The position numbers were made by a program, and so were the translations under genes. This document shows positions 42,313-60,011 of a stretch of DNA of 64,000 nucleotides, piece after piece. Under the pieces are notes generated by a model. The model did not search any database. It had not been told where the DNA came from and was given only the letters and a program-made list of their open reading frames with translations. Origin of the DNA: Escherichia phage REP1; sequence record OQ174500.1, one strand, 5' to 3'. Each line of letters opens with the position of its first letter. Position 1 is the stretch's first letter.

Positions 42313-42577
42313 TCTTTATGAAAATGAATCTTTTGCTAATCAATTACGTGAAAAAGCATTAAAAAGTAAACAGTTTAAGCTAGAGTGCTTTATTAAAGAT
42401 TTTTCAGAACTTGCTAATAAAGCAGCTGAACAAGGTAAAACATATTTTAGTTATTATTGTACTGCTCGCGATAAATTGATTACTGAAGAAATTGGTGATT
42501 GGCTGAGAAAAGAAGGATTTAATTTTAAAGTCAATAGTGATCAGCGTGATGGTGATTGGTTAGAAATTACATTTTGA
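42299..42577 (+). CDS. 24.2: Hypothetical protein, 92 aa
   Basis: ORF between hoc and rnlB. Confidence 0.5.
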   Translation: MEQYDLYENESFANQLREKALKSKQFKLECFIKDFSELANKAAEQGKTYFSYYCTARDKLITEEIGDWLRKEGFNFKVNSDQRDGDWLEITF

Positions 42578-42586
42578 GGATTAATT

Positions 42587-43591
42587 ATGTTTAAAAAGTA
42601 TAGCAGTCTTGAAAATCATTACAACTCTAAATTTATTGAAAAACTTTATAGCTTGGGATTGACTGGCGGCGAATGGGTAGCTCGTGAAAAAATTCATGGA
42701 ACAAACTTTTCTTTGATTATTGAGCGTGATAAAGTAACTTGCGCTAAACGTACTGGACCGATTCTTCCTGCTGAAGATTTCTTTGGGTATGAAATTATTC
42801 TAAAGAATTACGAAGATTCTATTAAAGCTGTCCAAGATATTATGGAAACTTCAGCGGTTGTATCTTATCAAGTCTTTGGCGAATTCGCTGGACCTGGCAT
42901 TCAGAAGAATGTTGATTATGGCGATAAAGATTTTTATGTATTTGACATTATTGTTACTACCGAAAGTGGTGATGTAACTTATGTCGATGATTATATGATG
43001 GAATCATTTTGTAATACATTTAAATTTAAAATGGCTCCACTTTTAGGTCGCGGTAAATTTGAAGAACTTATTAAATTGCCAAATGATTTAGATTCTGTCG
43101 TCCAAGATTATAATTTTACAGTAGACCATGCTGGATTAGTTGATGCAAATAAATGCGTTTGGAATGCTGAAGCAAAAGGTGAAGTATTTACTGCTGAAGG
43201 ATATGTATTGAAACCTTGTTATCCTTCTTGGCTGCCTAATCGCAATCGTGTAGCCATCAAATGCAAGAACTCTAAATTTAGTGAAAAGAAAAAGTCTGAT
43301 AAGCCTATTAAAGCTAAAGTTGAACTGTCAGAAGCTGATAACAAATTGGTTGGAATTTTAGCTTGTTACGTTACACTGAATCGAGTAAATAACGTTATTT
43401 CTAAAATTGGCGAAATTGGTCCAAAGGATTTTGGAAAGGTGATGGGACTAACTGTTCAAGATATTTTGGAAGAAACTTCTCGTGAAGGTATTACTTTAGC
43501 TCAAGCGGATAATCCTTCTTTGATTAAGAAGGAATTAGTTAAAATGGTACAAGATGTACTTCGTCCGGCTTGGATTGAATTGGTAAGTTAA
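42587..43591 (+). CDS. rnlB: RNA ligase 2
   Basis: 334 aa [44 protein letters not shown]... (KxHG adenylation motif); matches T4 Rnl2. Confidence 0.93.
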   Translation: MFKKYSSLENHYNSKFIEKLYSLGLTGGEWVAREKIHGTNFSLIIERDKVTCAKRTGPILPAEDFFGYEIILKNYEDSIKAVQDIMETSAVVSYQVFGEFAGPGIQKNVDYGDKDFYVFDIIVTTESGDVTYVDDYMMESFCNTFKFKMAPLLGRGKFEELIKLPNDLDSVVQDYNFTVDHAGLVDANKCVWNAEAKGEVFTAEGYVLKPCYPSWLPNRNRVAIKCKNSKFSEKKKSDKPIKAKVELSEADNKLVGILACYVTLNRVNNVISKIGEIGPKDFGKVMGLTVQDILEETSREGITLAQADNPSLIKKELVKMVQDVLRPAWIELVS

Positions 43592-43598
43592 ATAAAAA

Positions 43599-43625
43599 GG
43601 GACCTTTCGGTCCCTTTGTTTTATT
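43599..43625. terminator. Bidirectional terminator between rnlB and gene 24
   Basis: gggacctttcggtccc hairpin flanked by A-run and T-run. Confidence 0.75.
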
Positions 43626-44904
43626 CATCAACGATAATTTTTGGTAGCTTAACACCTAATAAAACAGACAAATCTGAACGACCCGCCATTTTATCCATGT
43701 CTCCACCATCAATTACTCTTGCTTCTTTTTCATCTTTTGCTACGGTGTAAGGATTTGCAGATAAAGCATATCTAACTAATAAACCGATAGACGGTTGCAA
43801 GCTTTCTGGATCAACAACAACTTTAAATGCACCTACATGTTCAGGGTCATCTAAGTCGAGACCTTCTGTATACGGAGCATAGAAAATTGATCCAACAATT
43901 TCTTTTTCACCGATATTTTCTACTACGCCAACGATTACATAATCTAATGGGCTGTTAGTATCGCAATAAAGCGGTAAACCATTAGCTAAGAACCCATAGG
44001 CATTTTGTGAAAGATATTTATCATCTTCTGGTTTATGTTTTAACCAACCTGATGCAGCAAGAATCGCAGCGGCACGAGCTGAAGCAACACAAAACGTTGC
44101 TGTATAAGTTGATTCTTTTTGGATATGCGAAACCATTTCACATACCATTCGATATAATGAACGACCAGCTTCAGGTGCAGATGCATAACTCAAATCAATG
44201 AATCCAGTATCAGTAATTCCTGTAACTTTATAACGTTTTGATACTGTAATCAAAGACTGCAGAATATCTTTATTGATTTCATCTGCCATTTCAGTTGCAA
44301 GCAAATCTTCCAAGAAATTAGGAGCATCGAATCCATTTGCTTCTAAATCTTGTGCTAATTCAACTGTGATACCAGTTTTAAGTTTACGAGATTTAACGGC
44401 GGTTTGCCATTTATTAATCTGGAATCTAGCATCTGCAATTTCGCTATCAGAGCTTTCAAATTTGCTTGTTACTGCAGCATCAGAAAATAGACGAACCTTT
44501 AAAAGAACAATTGCAATCTGAAGAGCTAATTCTAAATCACTTTCTTCAATATCAGCAAATGGTGTATCTTCTAATACTTTATAAACGATGTTATTATATT
44601 TGAATAAATCGCCTTTATTGAGAGTTAATTTAGACTCTTCTGTTAATTCTGTGATTTGTTCTCGGTCTACATATCCAGCTTCGCCAGCATAAGTAGCACC
44701 AGTTTTAAATGTAAATTCATTGTCTGGGTTAAGGTATTTGATACCATAAAAAGCAGCAACAGGTTGATTAGTTCTTTGCGTTGCTACAATGTCAGAATAT
44801 ATTAATTTAGTGGTAGCGCGAGTCAAAGCAACGAGATTTGGGCGACCGATTGAGTTGCTATTCGTTGTGGTTGATTCGCGCAGAAGTTCGTTGATTTTAG
44901 CCAT
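43621..44904 (-). CDS. 24: Capsid vertex protein gp24
   Basis: 427 aa; paralog of gp23; equals T4 gp24 length. Confidence 0.92.
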   Translation of the reverse strand: MAKINELLRESTTTNSNSIGRPNLVALTRATTKLIYSDIVATQRTNQPVAAFYGIKYLNPDNEFTFKTGATYAGEAGYVDREQITELTEESKLTLNKGDLFKYNNIVYKVLEDTPFADIEESDLELALQIAIVLLKVRLFSDAAVTSKFESSDSEIADARFQINKWQTAVKSRKLKTGITVELAQDLEANGFDAPNFLEDLLATEMADEINKDILQSLITVSKRYKVTGITDTGFIDLSYASAPEAGRSLYRMVCEMVSHIQKESTYTATFCVASARAAAILAASGWLKHKPEDDKYLSQNAYGFLANGLPLYCDTNSPLDYVIVGVVENIGEKEIVGSIFYAPYTEGLDLDDPEHVGAFKVVVDPESLQPSIGLLVRYALSANPYTVAKDEKEARVIDGGDMDKMAGRSDLSVLLGVKLPKIIVDE

Positions 44905-44931
44905 TGCGCTTTCCTTTTGGTTTATATGATT

Positions 44932-44939
44932 TATTTATA
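44932..44939 (-). promoter_or_regulatory. Late promoter TATAAATA for gene 24
   Basis: tatttata on plus strand, 28-35 nt upstream of gp24 start. Confidence 0.6.
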
Positions 44940-44956
44940 CCATAAAAACAACTAAA

Positions 44957-44972
44957 GGGACCCGAAGGTCCC
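44957..44972 (-). terminator. Hairpin downstream of gene 23
   Basis: gggacccgaaggtccc with T-rich tract on the minus-strand transcript. Confidence 0.6.
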
Positions 44973-44987
44973 TTAAATCGTCAAAGA

Positions 44988-46553
44988 TTAGATACCTTTA
45001 ACATATACACGTCTAAAGTAAGCGTTTTTACCAAGGCTATTCAGAATAGAAGGCATACCGCTCTGGATGCGAGAAGCCGGAGCCTGAGCAGCGGATTCTG
45101 CAAATGGGTTGATACCGATACCGTAACGAGTTTTGAATCCCATTACTGGTTGGAAGTTCTTCGGATCGGAACCACGCAGCGGAGTCAGAGCTACATATGG
45201 AGCGTAGTAAATACCAGCATCCATTTCGTTCGGACCTTTATAACCTACAGTGAAATAATCCTGTTTAGCATACTGGTCGATATATACACGGTATTTACCA
45301 CCCAGAACACCAGCAAATACTGACTTGGTAGTATCAGTGTTAAAGCCGGTAGCCAGACCCTGTGCAGCATAAGAAATGCCAGTATCAACTGAAGCCAGAA
45401 CGTTAACTACGTTACGGGAAGCGATAATGAAGTTACCTTCACCGCGACCGGTCTGACGAGCAATTTCAACTGCTTCTTTGTCAATCTGGAACAACAGAGC
45501 TTTAAAGGATTCACCTGCCCAGCGAGCACCACGAATATCGATTGGGTCCTGGAAGTCAAATACACCAGCTTTAGAACCCGGAGTCAGGGTCATACCAGAT
45601 TTACCAACCTGAGCTGAGTAGTTAATCCAATCAACAACTTCACGGTTGATTTCCAGCATAATTTCTGTAGCCAGAATGCCAGACAGTTCAGCATCAGCAT
45701 CCATACCGTGAACAGCGCGGAGGTCCTGTGCTAATTCGATAGAGTAAGCAGCTTTCAGCTGACGAGATTTAGCTTCGATAACTTGTTTATCGATACGGAA
45801 GCCCATTTCATTCCATGGGTTATCGGTAGAACCATTGAAACCTTCCTGGAGTTCAGCGATAGAAGTAGCCATACCTTCAGCGATTTCTACCAGTGCACCA
45901 GCTTCCATTTGTTTCTTAATTTCAGCATCTAATTTATCTGCATCAGTTGCGCTTGCACTAATTGTTACTTGAGCAGAAGCTTGCAGATACACAGTACCAG
46001 TGTCCTGGAAGAAGTGAGTATAGATATCACCTACTGTGGTTTCTGTGCTAGCAGCCAGAGCTGGGAATTTCTTAGCAGCACCCTGACCAGAGAACATTGC
46101 ATCTGGACCATACATTGGGTGGAATGCTTCTTTAGCACCGGCAGCGATCGGATCTTTACCATATACCGCGCGGAGTGCGAATACCTGACCGGTTGGGCTG
46201 CTCATCGGTTGAACACCGCAAATATCGAAAGCAATCAGGTTAGGAATAGCACGACGTACCATACCCATAACAGCCGGGCCAATCTGAGTTACTGCGCCAG
46301 AAGTCTGACCTGCAGCGATGTTGGTAGCATTGTAACCGTGGTCACCACCGATTTCAGCTTCTGTTAAGAAAGAACCGAACGCCTGAGCGATTTTTTCGTC
46401 TTTGTACTCTGGAGCTGTCTGGAAATCTTTTTCCTGGTTTTCAAAGATTTTAGCGATAATCGCTTGTTTGCTATTAGCAATTTCCGGTAAACCTTCACCT
46501 TCCAGTAATGGCTTCCATTTGTTCAAAAGTTCAGCTTTAGTTTTGATAGTCAT
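44988..46553 (-). CDS. 23: Major capsid protein gp23
   Basis: 521 aa MTIKTKAELLNKWKPLLEGEGLPEIANSKQAIIAKIFENQEKDF... matches T4 gp23. Confidence 0.97.
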   Translation of the reverse strand: MTIKTKAELLNKWKPLLEGEGLPEIANSKQAIIAKIFENQEKDFQTAPEYKDEKIAQAFGSFLTEAEIGGDHGYNATNIAAGQTSGAVTQIGPAVMGMVRRAIPNLIAFDICGVQPMSSPTGQVFALRAVYGKDPIAAGAKEAFHPMYGPDAMFSGQGAAKKFPALAASTETTVGDIYTHFFQDTGTVYLQASAQVTISASATDADKLDAEIKKQMEAGALVEIAEGMATSIAELQEGFNGSTDNPWNEMGFRIDKQVIEAKSRQLKAAYSIELAQDLRAVHGMDADAELSGILATEIMLEINREVVDWINYSAQVGKSGMTLTPGSKAGVFDFQDPIDIRGARWAGESFKALLFQIDKEAVEIARQTGRGEGNFIIASRNVVNVLASVDTGISYAAQGLATGFNTDTTKSVFAGVLGGKYRVYIDQYAKQDYFTVGYKGPNEMDAGIYYAPYVALTPLRGSDPKNFQPVMGFKTRYGIGINPFAESAAQAPASRIQSGMPSILNSLGKNAYFRRVYVKGI

Positions 46554-46571
46554 TTGTGTTAACCTTTAAAA

Positions 46572-47381
46572 TTAGAAACGAGATGCGACTTTCGCATATA
46601 CACTTACAATATCTTCTGCACCAGGTGCAGCTTTATCTTCTACAGCTTCAGTGACGAAATTCAGTCCGGCTGCTTCAGTATCAGGAGTATTTATACCCTC
46701 AGTAATAGTGCTTTCATCTTTATTAGACTTCTTCACCATTTCTACGATGGCACTCAATTTACTTGAGAATTCATCTGAATAATCCATACCTTCGACCAGA
46801 GCAGAGACTTTTTCTTTTTGAGACTCAGTCAGATCTTTAGTACTTTCGCTCAATGCCACTTCACGCTGCACATAATTGATATATGCGTCACGCTTATTGA
46901 GTTCTTCGAACAGACGAGCTGATTCTTCTTTATGTTCTTGCAGCTCTTCTTCCATTTCAGCTACAACATCAACTGATTCTTCTGGAACAACAACGTTGTG
47001 TTCAACAAAGAGCTCTTTTAATCCACCAAGCATGGATTCAAACAGTTCGGCTTTGATGCCTTTATCAACTGCTAATTTATTTTCAGCGAGCCATTCTTTC
47101 GCAAGATGGTCGATGAATTTAGAAGCTTGCTCAGCGATTTTCTTCTCAGCTTTTTCTTCGGCTTCTTCTTTATTTTTTTCTACTTCTTCTTCTGCTTTTT
47201 CAGCAATTTTAGCGATATGAGATTCAGCTAATTTAACGGCGTGCTGCTTGACGGTAGCTTCGAATACAGTGCCGAAAGTTTCTTTTGCTTCCGGAGAAAT
47301 ATTAACTGATTCGAAAATACTATCAAGAGCAACGGAAGCATCAATTTTTTGCGCTTCAGCAATCAGTTGTTCTTTAAGCAT
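46572..47381 (-). CDS. 22: Prohead core scaffold protein gp22
   Basis: 269 aa, highly charged coiled-coil; equals T4 gp22. Confidence 0.9.
   Translation of the reverse strand: MLKEQLIAEAQKIDASVALDSIFESVNISPEAKETFGTVFEATVKQHAVKLAESHIAKIAEKAEEEVEKNKEEAEEKAEKKIAEQASKFIDHLAKEWLAENKLAVDKGIKAELFESMLGGLKELFVEHNVVVPEESVDVVAEMEEELQEHKEESARLFEELNKRDAYINYVQREVALSESTKDLTESQKEKVSALVEGMDYSDEFSSKLSAIVEMVKKSNKDESTITEGINTPDTEAAGLNFVTEAVEDKAAPGAEDIVSVYAKVASRF
46688..46695 (-). promoter_or_regulatory. Late promoter TATAAATA inside 3' end of gene 22 (gene 23 promoter)
   Basis: tatttata on plus strand; T4 P23 is known to lie within gene 22. Confidence 0.55.
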
Positions 47382-47411
47382 TTTGTAGTCCTGTTGTTTA
47401 GATAATAATAT

Positions 47412-48050
47412 TTATAACGCTTTTTTCATGGCCTCTGCGAGAGCCATATAGGCGTCATCGGCACTTGTATCGGCTTCCGCCGTCTGTGATTCGGTAATTT
47501 CCTTAGGAGTTACCCATGCATCTGGAGCACTTGGACCCCATACTGCATCAACACCTACAGTTAATTTGAATCCTTCGTTTACGATACGATAACCTTTATT
47601 TGTGTCAGTCAATGAACCTAATCCACGAGAAGAAACTCCTGGAATCCATCCGGCACGAATATTAGCTGCTAATTTATCTCCAGGACCATGGTCACCTTCA
47701 ATAACACGAGCTCGTCCGTATACGTCATTTCCTTTCCACCACATATCTTCTATAATGATAGCGGCTTGCATCGGGTCAACATTAGCGCGTGGAGGATGAT
47801 TTAATTCTCCGAGAGCTTGTTTAGTTAAAACTTGCTCATTGATATAGTCTTTTACCGCTTTTTCTAATATGCGTTTTGGATAAAGACGTTTATTTCTATT
47901 GACGACTTCCGCTTGCATGAATATTCCTTCGATGTATAAACCAGGTTTTAAACCTAAGTCTTTTCCATCGTGGGATTCAAGCATTGGCACACCATCAATA
48001 ATTTCGCCAGGTTGACCCCAAGTTTCAATTAGTAATTGGGGTTCATTCAT
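47412..48050 (-). CDS. 21: Prohead core protease gp21
   Basis: 212 aa, equals T4 gp21. Confidence 0.9.
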   Translation of the reverse strand: MNEPQLLIETWGQPGEIIDGVPMLESHDGKDLGLKPGLYIEGIFMQAEVVNRNKRLYPKRILEKAVKDYINEQVLTKQALGELNHPPRANVDPMQAAIIIEDMWWKGNDVYGRARVIEGDHGPGDKLAANIRAGWIPGVSSRGLGSLTDTNKGYRIVNEGFKLTVGVDAVWGPSAPDAWVTPKEITESQTAEADTSADDAYMALAEAMKKAL

Positions 48051-48475
48051 TAGCTTAATCCTAATGCTTTACGGCGTTTAAGAGCTTTTTTACGCTTACG
48101 CTGAGCACGAGATTGACCTGCTGGATTGGCAATCTTCGTTTTGGTAGCTTTGCGAGCAATTTGTCTACGTTTTGCTTTAGACAGCCCGGTGGTTTGAAAT
48201 GCATTACGTTCACGCGTCTTGCGGTCTTTAGTACGTGTAATTTCGCCACGAGCAGAAACATGTTTAACGATGAATTCATTTAGCGGCATATCTTCATTAA
48301 TAGAAGCTAATGCAATTGCTAAATCAGTTTCATCATCAAGCATATTCTCGACAATTGTATTTATATCGTCTTTATTTAAAGCAGAAGACAATTCGTCAAA
48401 GCGACCCTGTGCTTCAGGAATAAGTGCTTCGACATTCTCGAGAACTAATTCATGAGTTTCAGGGATCAGAAGCAT
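48050..48475 (-). CDS. 68: Prohead core protein gp68
   Basis: 141 aa, equals T4 gp68. Confidence 0.8.
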   Translation of the reverse strand: MLLIPETHELVLENVEALIPEAQGRFDELSSALNKDDINTIVENMLDDETDLAIALASINEDMPLNEFIVKHVSARGEITRTKDRKTRERNAFQTTGLSKAKRRQIARKATKTKIANPAGQSRAQRKRKKALKRRKALGLS

Positions 48476-48722
48476 TATTCATCATCCTCGTCTTCGTCAG
48501 AGTCTTTGTCTTTTTTGTCGTCTTTATCATCGCTATCTTCGTCATCATCCTCGTCATCATCATCCTCATCATCAAGTTCTTCACCTTCGATTAAGAAATT
48601 ACGAGCGATAGCGATTTTTTCTTCTTTAATTAAATCAATCGTTCTTGCAGCCATGGCTTCAGCAAAGAATTTACGAGCGGCTACGAGGTCGTTTGATTTA
48701 ATAGCTTCAATTAAACCTTCCA

Positions 48723-48723
<1 letters not shown>
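48475..48723 (-). CDS. 67: Prohead core protein gp67 with poly-acidic tail
   Basis: 82 aa; C-terminal run of D/E ([16 protein letters not shown]...). Confidence 0.8.
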
Positions 48724-50348
<1,625 letters not shown>

Positions 50349-50380
50349 TTAAGCAGGATGGGGATTTCTCCCCATTCATT

Positions 50381-50872
50381 TTATTCCCAATAATCGAGAG
50401 CGAGAGTTACTTCAAAGGTTTGAATTTCATTGTTTGAATCCCAATCTAATTGAAGTTCACCCACGTTAGTAGGCCACAGGCCTTTAATTTCGACTTCTTT
50501 TGTTACAGTTTTAGCGTCACGAGCATATTGGCGTACAATAGCGCTCTTTTTATACTCTGCAGGTTTTCCACCGGTAATTTCGTTTCCTTGTCCTGCGGCA
50601 ATGCTTTGCCAATCAACAAACTTCTGGCGAGCATCATGAGCTTCATCGTTCATTACTGTAACAGTCCAGTCATCGAATGTACGATCGCCTGCCACGTTAA
50701 TTTTACGGTTCATAAATCCGACTGGAATTTTTTCTACAATACCAGCTGGTAAAGCAGTGGCTTTACATTGGAACGTAAAATTTTGTCCAAGATAAGAAAT
50801 TTCTACTTGGAATAAGTTAGGTCGAGCAAAATCACCAGATTCAAACGCTCGTGTTACATCATCTACAAACAT
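50381..50872 (-). CDS. 19: Tail tube protein gp19
   Basis: 163 aa, equals T4 gp19. Confidence 0.92.
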   Translation of the reverse strand: MFVDDVTRAFESGDFARPNLFQVEISYLGQNFTFQCKATALPAGIVEKIPVGFMNRKINVAGDRTFDDWTVTVMNDEAHDARQKFVDWQSIAAGQGNEITGGKPAEYKKSAIVRQYARDAKTVTKEVEIKGLWPTNVGELQLDWDSNNEIQTFEVTLALDYWE

Positions 50873-50886
50873 ATTAGCCTCTGTAG

Positions 50887-50894
50887 TATTTATA
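50887..50894 (-). promoter_or_regulatory. Late promoter TATAAATA proximal to gene 19
   Basis: tatttata on plus strand 15 nt upstream of gp19 ATG; a second copy at 50946-50953. Confidence 0.45.
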
Positions 50895-50979
50895 TCCCTA
50901 TGTTTAACCTAGGGCATATAGAATTAAAGAATTAAGGATATAGTGTATTTATATGGCCTGCCGAAACAGGCCTTTAGAA

Positions 50980-51618
50980 TCATTCTAGTAAATCCCAAAG
51001 ATCTACGCTATTTCTTTTTGACTTTTCTCGGTTAGATTCCCAAGTGATTATTTCTAAATTTTTTACACTTGCTATAATTTCCGGCGGAATTAAATTATCA
51101 AATCCATATTTGATAGATACTTTATGATCGAGTTGATAAGCACCTTCTACGCCGCACATTCCTATTTTATCAGCATTCGGCCATTTTGACCAGATTTTTC
51201 TTATTTTAGCTGACTTAGTTATAGAATGAACTCTACTAGCATATAATGCAAACTCTTTTCTTTTGCCAGTCCATCGAGGATGTTTATCACCTCTTTGCCA
51301 TGGTCTGCTTATTCCAGATTGAACTTCCGAATTTTTAATAGCAACTTGTTTAATGCTACATTTTCTACATGCATGTGTGGGTGTTCTATTTAAAAGTTGA
51401 ATGCTTCTACTAAATTTAGTACCACACAAATCACATTTAGCGTCAACTATTTTATTACTATTCTTTGGCATTAATTCTATTGGAACAGATACTGTATCAT
51501 GATATGATACTTTATATCCCAGAATTGTCGACCACATTTTTGAATGATTTCTTGGTTTTATTGTAACAAACTTAGAAATAATCACTTGTTTCCTCGAGAA
51601 TAGGGGCCGAAGCCCCAT
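50980..51618 (-). mobile_element. Free-standing HNH homing endonuclease ORF inserted between genes 18 and 19
   Basis: Zn-ribbon CDLCGTKF...CRKCS and C-terminal HNH motif YQLDHKVSIKYGFDNL...W.SN; start ambiguous (TTG 51624, ATG 51618 or ATG 51537). Confidence 0.7.
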
Positions 51619-51624
51619 AATCAA

Positions 51625-53604
51625 TTAACCTGCAAGACCAGTTAACTCATCAAAATCTGCACCGGTAGCAGTTGCGACGAAATTAAGTTGGATATAATTT
51701 ATACTACGAGCCGGTTGGATGTAGAATGTTGCAACAAACTCATTTCTATCAATTACTGACGGAGTGTTATTTGTTGTATCGCAAACTACACGATATTCAT
51801 AAATTCCACCGAGAGCTTTAATTCCCTGTAAGTACTGGGCAGTTTCTGTGCGGAATGATGAACGAGTAAACGCGTTGTTTAATTCGAACAAACGATATTT
51901 TGAACTACGTCCGATGTTCGTTTTCAACATATTAAACAGACGACGAACGTTAATACGATCAAATGGAGAAGGAACAGAAGTAGCTGTTTTATCACCATAC
52001 AATACGTAACCATCACCACCTGTACCAGTTACTGGGTTGATAGCTTCTTGGTATAAACGGTCGCGCTGAGCCTGGCGAGTTTCAATAGCCAGTTTAATAA
52101 CGTTAAGAATCTGACCACGATTATAACCAGCTGGAGACATCCAAGTCTGAGATACGTTATCAGTTCTTGCGCATAAACCAGCAATATCAGCTGCTAATGG
52201 AACCCAACGATTCACATCATTATATTTGTCATACTGATACTTGTAGTTACCATCAATTGCTGCATAGGTTGAACTGATATTAAAGTTATTATCAGTGTAT
52301 GAACCTGCTGCAGTTCTCCAGTTAACTAAATTATCTACTGCACGAGTTACAGGAATTCCAACTACAGTTTCACGCGGAGGAGAGCACAATACTAAGCAAT
52401 CTTGACGAGCATCCCCGATTGAAACAACATGTTTTTGGACAGTAGATGCTGTTTCTAAAGATTCACCGGCACAAGAACCCGCAATAAACAGTTGAACGTC
52501 AACAGATTCACGGTCAGCAAAGAAGTCCCAAGCTTCCATCAAATCTCCTGCTGTTACTTCAGCATTTGATGATAATCCACCAGACAGAGTTAAAATTCCA
52601 GAGAATCCTTCTGGCCAGTTTTGTGCAGTTGCAAAAATATATTCTGAGCCACCTTTTGCGAAAAAGTCATCGATATAGATGTTACTATCGTAAATATCTT
52701 TTTCACCACGCTTAGTTGAAAGAACAACGCTTTGAACAATAGCATCATTGCGACGAACTATAATAGCGTATTGTGAATCAGTTTGTGGTCCATATCCAAA
52801 CACTGCTTTGGCAGTAGATGCGCGTGTTCCGCCACCTGGATAAATTGGGAGTAATGCAGAAGCACCTTTTGCGTAGTCTGCTTTAGATACGATTTCAATT
52901 TCGATTTTATCGCCCAACTCGCCTGGATAAAGAGCTACTACTCCTGGAATTCCATATTTTTCGAGATTTGCTTGAAAGTCAACAGCTGTCATAGCAGCTT
53001 CGGCATTTTCAATTTCAGCTAATAAAATACCAGAATCAGTAATAATTTTTCCAAGAGTTATTACTGCAGCTAAACCAGAGGAAGACGAAGAAATTTCCGC
53101 AGTCCAGTTAGAACCTAATGCTGGATATTCGCCTACTTCTTTCGCTTTAGCGATAATTTTTGCGGTAGGAATATTAATTTTCTTAATTTTTCCATCAGCA
53201 TCTACTTCAGTAATTTTACCTTCTGTTTCAACATCTTCTGAAACATACTTAACAGTGATTTTATCTCCAACCGCGTAGTTACTACCTGGGGTAGAAATAG
53301 TGTATTCAATATTACCGGCAATCGGAGATGAGTTTTTAGCGGTATCTCTATCGACAGCACGCACAACTCGCAAATCATTTCCGTATTGTAAGAAATTCAT
53401 TGCAGACATAAAATAGTCAGCAGTTTCAGCTGTAGGTTGACCAAAAGTATTAACTAAATCTACTTCATTTGTAACCTGTTTAATTTGAAAAGCAGGACCC
53501 CACTGGAATTTACCGGCCAAAGCTGCTGTACCAGTAGAGTTATTAACCACGGTGCTTTGAACCGTAGTTTCTTTGAGCTCAATGCCCGGAGATAATAAAG
53601 TCAT
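51625..53604 (-). CDS. 18: Tail sheath protein gp18
   Basis: 659 aa, equals T4 gp18. Confidence 0.95.
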   Translation of the reverse strand: MTLLSPGIELKETTVQSTVVNNSTGTAALAGKFQWGPAFQIKQVTNEVDLVNTFGQPTAETADYFMSAMNFLQYGNDLRVVRAVDRDTAKNSSPIAGNIEYTISTPGSNYAVGDKITVKYVSEDVETEGKITEVDADGKIKKINIPTAKIIAKAKEVGEYPALGSNWTAEISSSSSGLAAVITLGKIITDSGILLAEIENAEAAMTAVDFQANLEKYGIPGVVALYPGELGDKIEIEIVSKADYAKGASALLPIYPGGGTRASTAKAVFGYGPQTDSQYAIIVRRNDAIVQSVVLSTKRGEKDIYDSNIYIDDFFAKGGSEYIFATAQNWPEGFSGILTLSGGLSSNAEVTAGDLMEAWDFFADRESVDVQLFIAGSCAGESLETASTVQKHVVSIGDARQDCLVLCSPPRETVVGIPVTRAVDNLVNWRTAAGSYTDNNFNISSTYAAIDGNYKYQYDKYNDVNRWVPLAADIAGLCARTDNVSQTWMSPAGYNRGQILNVIKLAIETRQAQRDRLYQEAINPVTGTGGDGYVLYGDKTATSVPSPFDRINVRRLFNMLKTNIGRSSKYRLFELNNAFTRSSFRTETAQYLQGIKALGGIYEYRVVCDTTNNTPSVIDRNEFVATFYIQPARSINYIQLNFVATATGADFDELTGLAG

Positions 53605-53632
53605 TTTTAATCCTCTTTAATATGCTTTAATA

Positions 53633-56773
<3,141 letters not shown>

Positions 56774-56814
56774 GATTTCTCCTAATCTGGGCTTTAATTA
56801 GTTTATAATATTTA

Positions 56815-58516
<1,702 letters not shown>

Positions 58517-58547
58517 TTAAAATCCTTTGGGGCCTTGCGGCCCCATG

Positions 58548-60011
58548 TTATGCTGGTGATAAAAAGGTAGAAAGCAATACCCATTCGCCGTCTTTACGAA
58601 CGTAAGCTTGGCCATCTTTTGGAGCTTCAGGAATATAACCTGCTTCTTGGAGAGCTTGAACATCGCCTTGTAAAGAAGATATATTGCCTTTAGCTGTATT
58701 CACTTCTTGTGTAACTGATGCAATGTTGGTTTCGTTAGCTTTTATTGAATTGGTTAATCCGCGTTCTTCAACAGTTGAACCATTTGGGTTAGTTCCATTT
58801 ACTAAAGTATTTAACGCTACAACTTGCCCTTTAATTCCTGTACTGTTATTACCAATCTCTACTTGTAGGTTTTGAACATCGTTATTCAAGCCTGAAATAG
58901 AAGTTTCAATTGTAGAAACTCGGTTTAAAAGAGACCCAGGAGGAGAAGGTTGTCCACCGCTAGAATCAGTTCCAACAATTTGGTTTAACCACGAAACATT
59001 CGCTCTTAAACCAGATGAAGTGTTTTCACCGACGATTCCATTTAAAGATTCGATTGAAGTTGTATTATCTTTGATTTGGCCTTTAATACTCGAAGGAATA
59101 TCATCTGAACCAATAGAAGTTTCAATAACGGTTAAACGCTGTTTAATACCTCCACTTTGATTTAGCTCTAAATTAATAGATGCAATATTATCAGTGTTTG
59201 TATTAACACTCGTAATAATCGAATTATTTCCTGGATATCCTATTGAGGTCTTAATAGCACTAATGTCAGACTCAACTGTTGTCTGTTTAGTGTCAATTTC
59301 ATTTAAACGACTATAAACAGTTTGGGAAAATGACGGCGGTTTCGGTCCAAGCTCTTCGCGAAGATTACCAACTTCAATGGTCAAAGAACCTACATCAGAT
59401 TCAATAAATTTTGTTTCTAATTCACTTAAACGTATTCCCTGTGAAGTAATGACATCAGTATTATTAATAATGCGATGCTTCATTCCACTACTAGGATTTC
59501 CTACAACAGGAAGACCATTAATATCTTGACCAGTGTATTGTCCAAGTTCACGCTTTATCCACAGTAAATCATTTCTGATTGTTCTGTATACAGAGTTGGC
59601 CTCGGAGTTAAATGGACCAATATCAGCAAGAATGTTGTCAACAGTACTATTAGTTCCATTTAATATTTCTGTATGTTCACTGGTTAGCGTTTTGAGGTCA
59701 GAAATATCCTTTTTATTGATACTTATTTGCGCTAAAGCTTCAATATCACCAGATACATCTAAGATGCCCTGGATGGTTTTAATATCACTATTTGCGGTTT
59801 CTAAAGATGTTTTAAGTATTCCAATGTTTTTATCAAGAACTTCAACATTTCTTAGTACAGAAACTGTAGGTCTATTCATTGAACCTTCGCTTCCATACTG
59901 TGTGTCAGCTCCTAATATTTCTTCGCCGTTTTTAATCCAGGAAATGCGGCTCTGGCCCTCCGCAGGAGGGCCGTCAACGAATGGTAAGTCATTCAGTACA
60001 ATATCTGTCAT
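58548..60011 (-). CDS. wac: Fibritin (whisker antigen control), coiled-coil
   Basis: 487 aa with heptad-repeat coiled coil and C-terminal foldon [27 protein letters not shown]. Confidence 0.95.
   Translation of the reverse strand: MTDIVLNDLPFVDGPPAEGQSRISWIKNGEEILGADTQYGSEGSMNRPTVSVLRNVEVLDKNIGILKTSLETANSDIKTIQGILDVSGDIEALAQISINKKDISDLKTLTSEHTEILNGTNSTVDNILADIGPFNSEANSVYRTIRNDLLWIKRELGQYTGQDINGLPVVGNPSSGMKHRIINNTDVITSQGIRLSELETKFIESDVGSLTIEVGNLREELGPKPPSFSQTVYSRLNEIDTKQTTVESDISAIKTSIGYPGNNSIITSVNTNTDNIASINLELNQSGGIKQRLTVIETSIGSDDIPSSIKGQIKDNTTSIESLNGIVGENTSSGLRANVSWLNQIVGTDSSGGQPSPPGSLLNRVSTIETSISGLNNDVQNLQVEIGNNSTGIKGQVVALNTLVNGTNPNGSTVEERGLTNSIKANETNIASVTQEVNTAKGNISSLQGDVQALQEAGYIPEAPKDGQAYVRKDGEWVLLSTFLSPA

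Noticed and set aside
45969-47220. Plus-strand ORFs (132 aa and 114 aa) inside genes 23 and 22
   Set aside because: Antisense to major capsid and scaffold genes; the Ser-rich translation reflects the complement of Glu/Asp-rich coding sequence.
59954-59972. 8-bp GC stem hairpin (ggccctcc-gca-ggagggcc) near the 5' end of wac
   Set aside because: Lies within coding sequence and encodes a Gly/Pro/Ala stretch; likely incidental. Could affect translation initiation but there is no supporting evidence.
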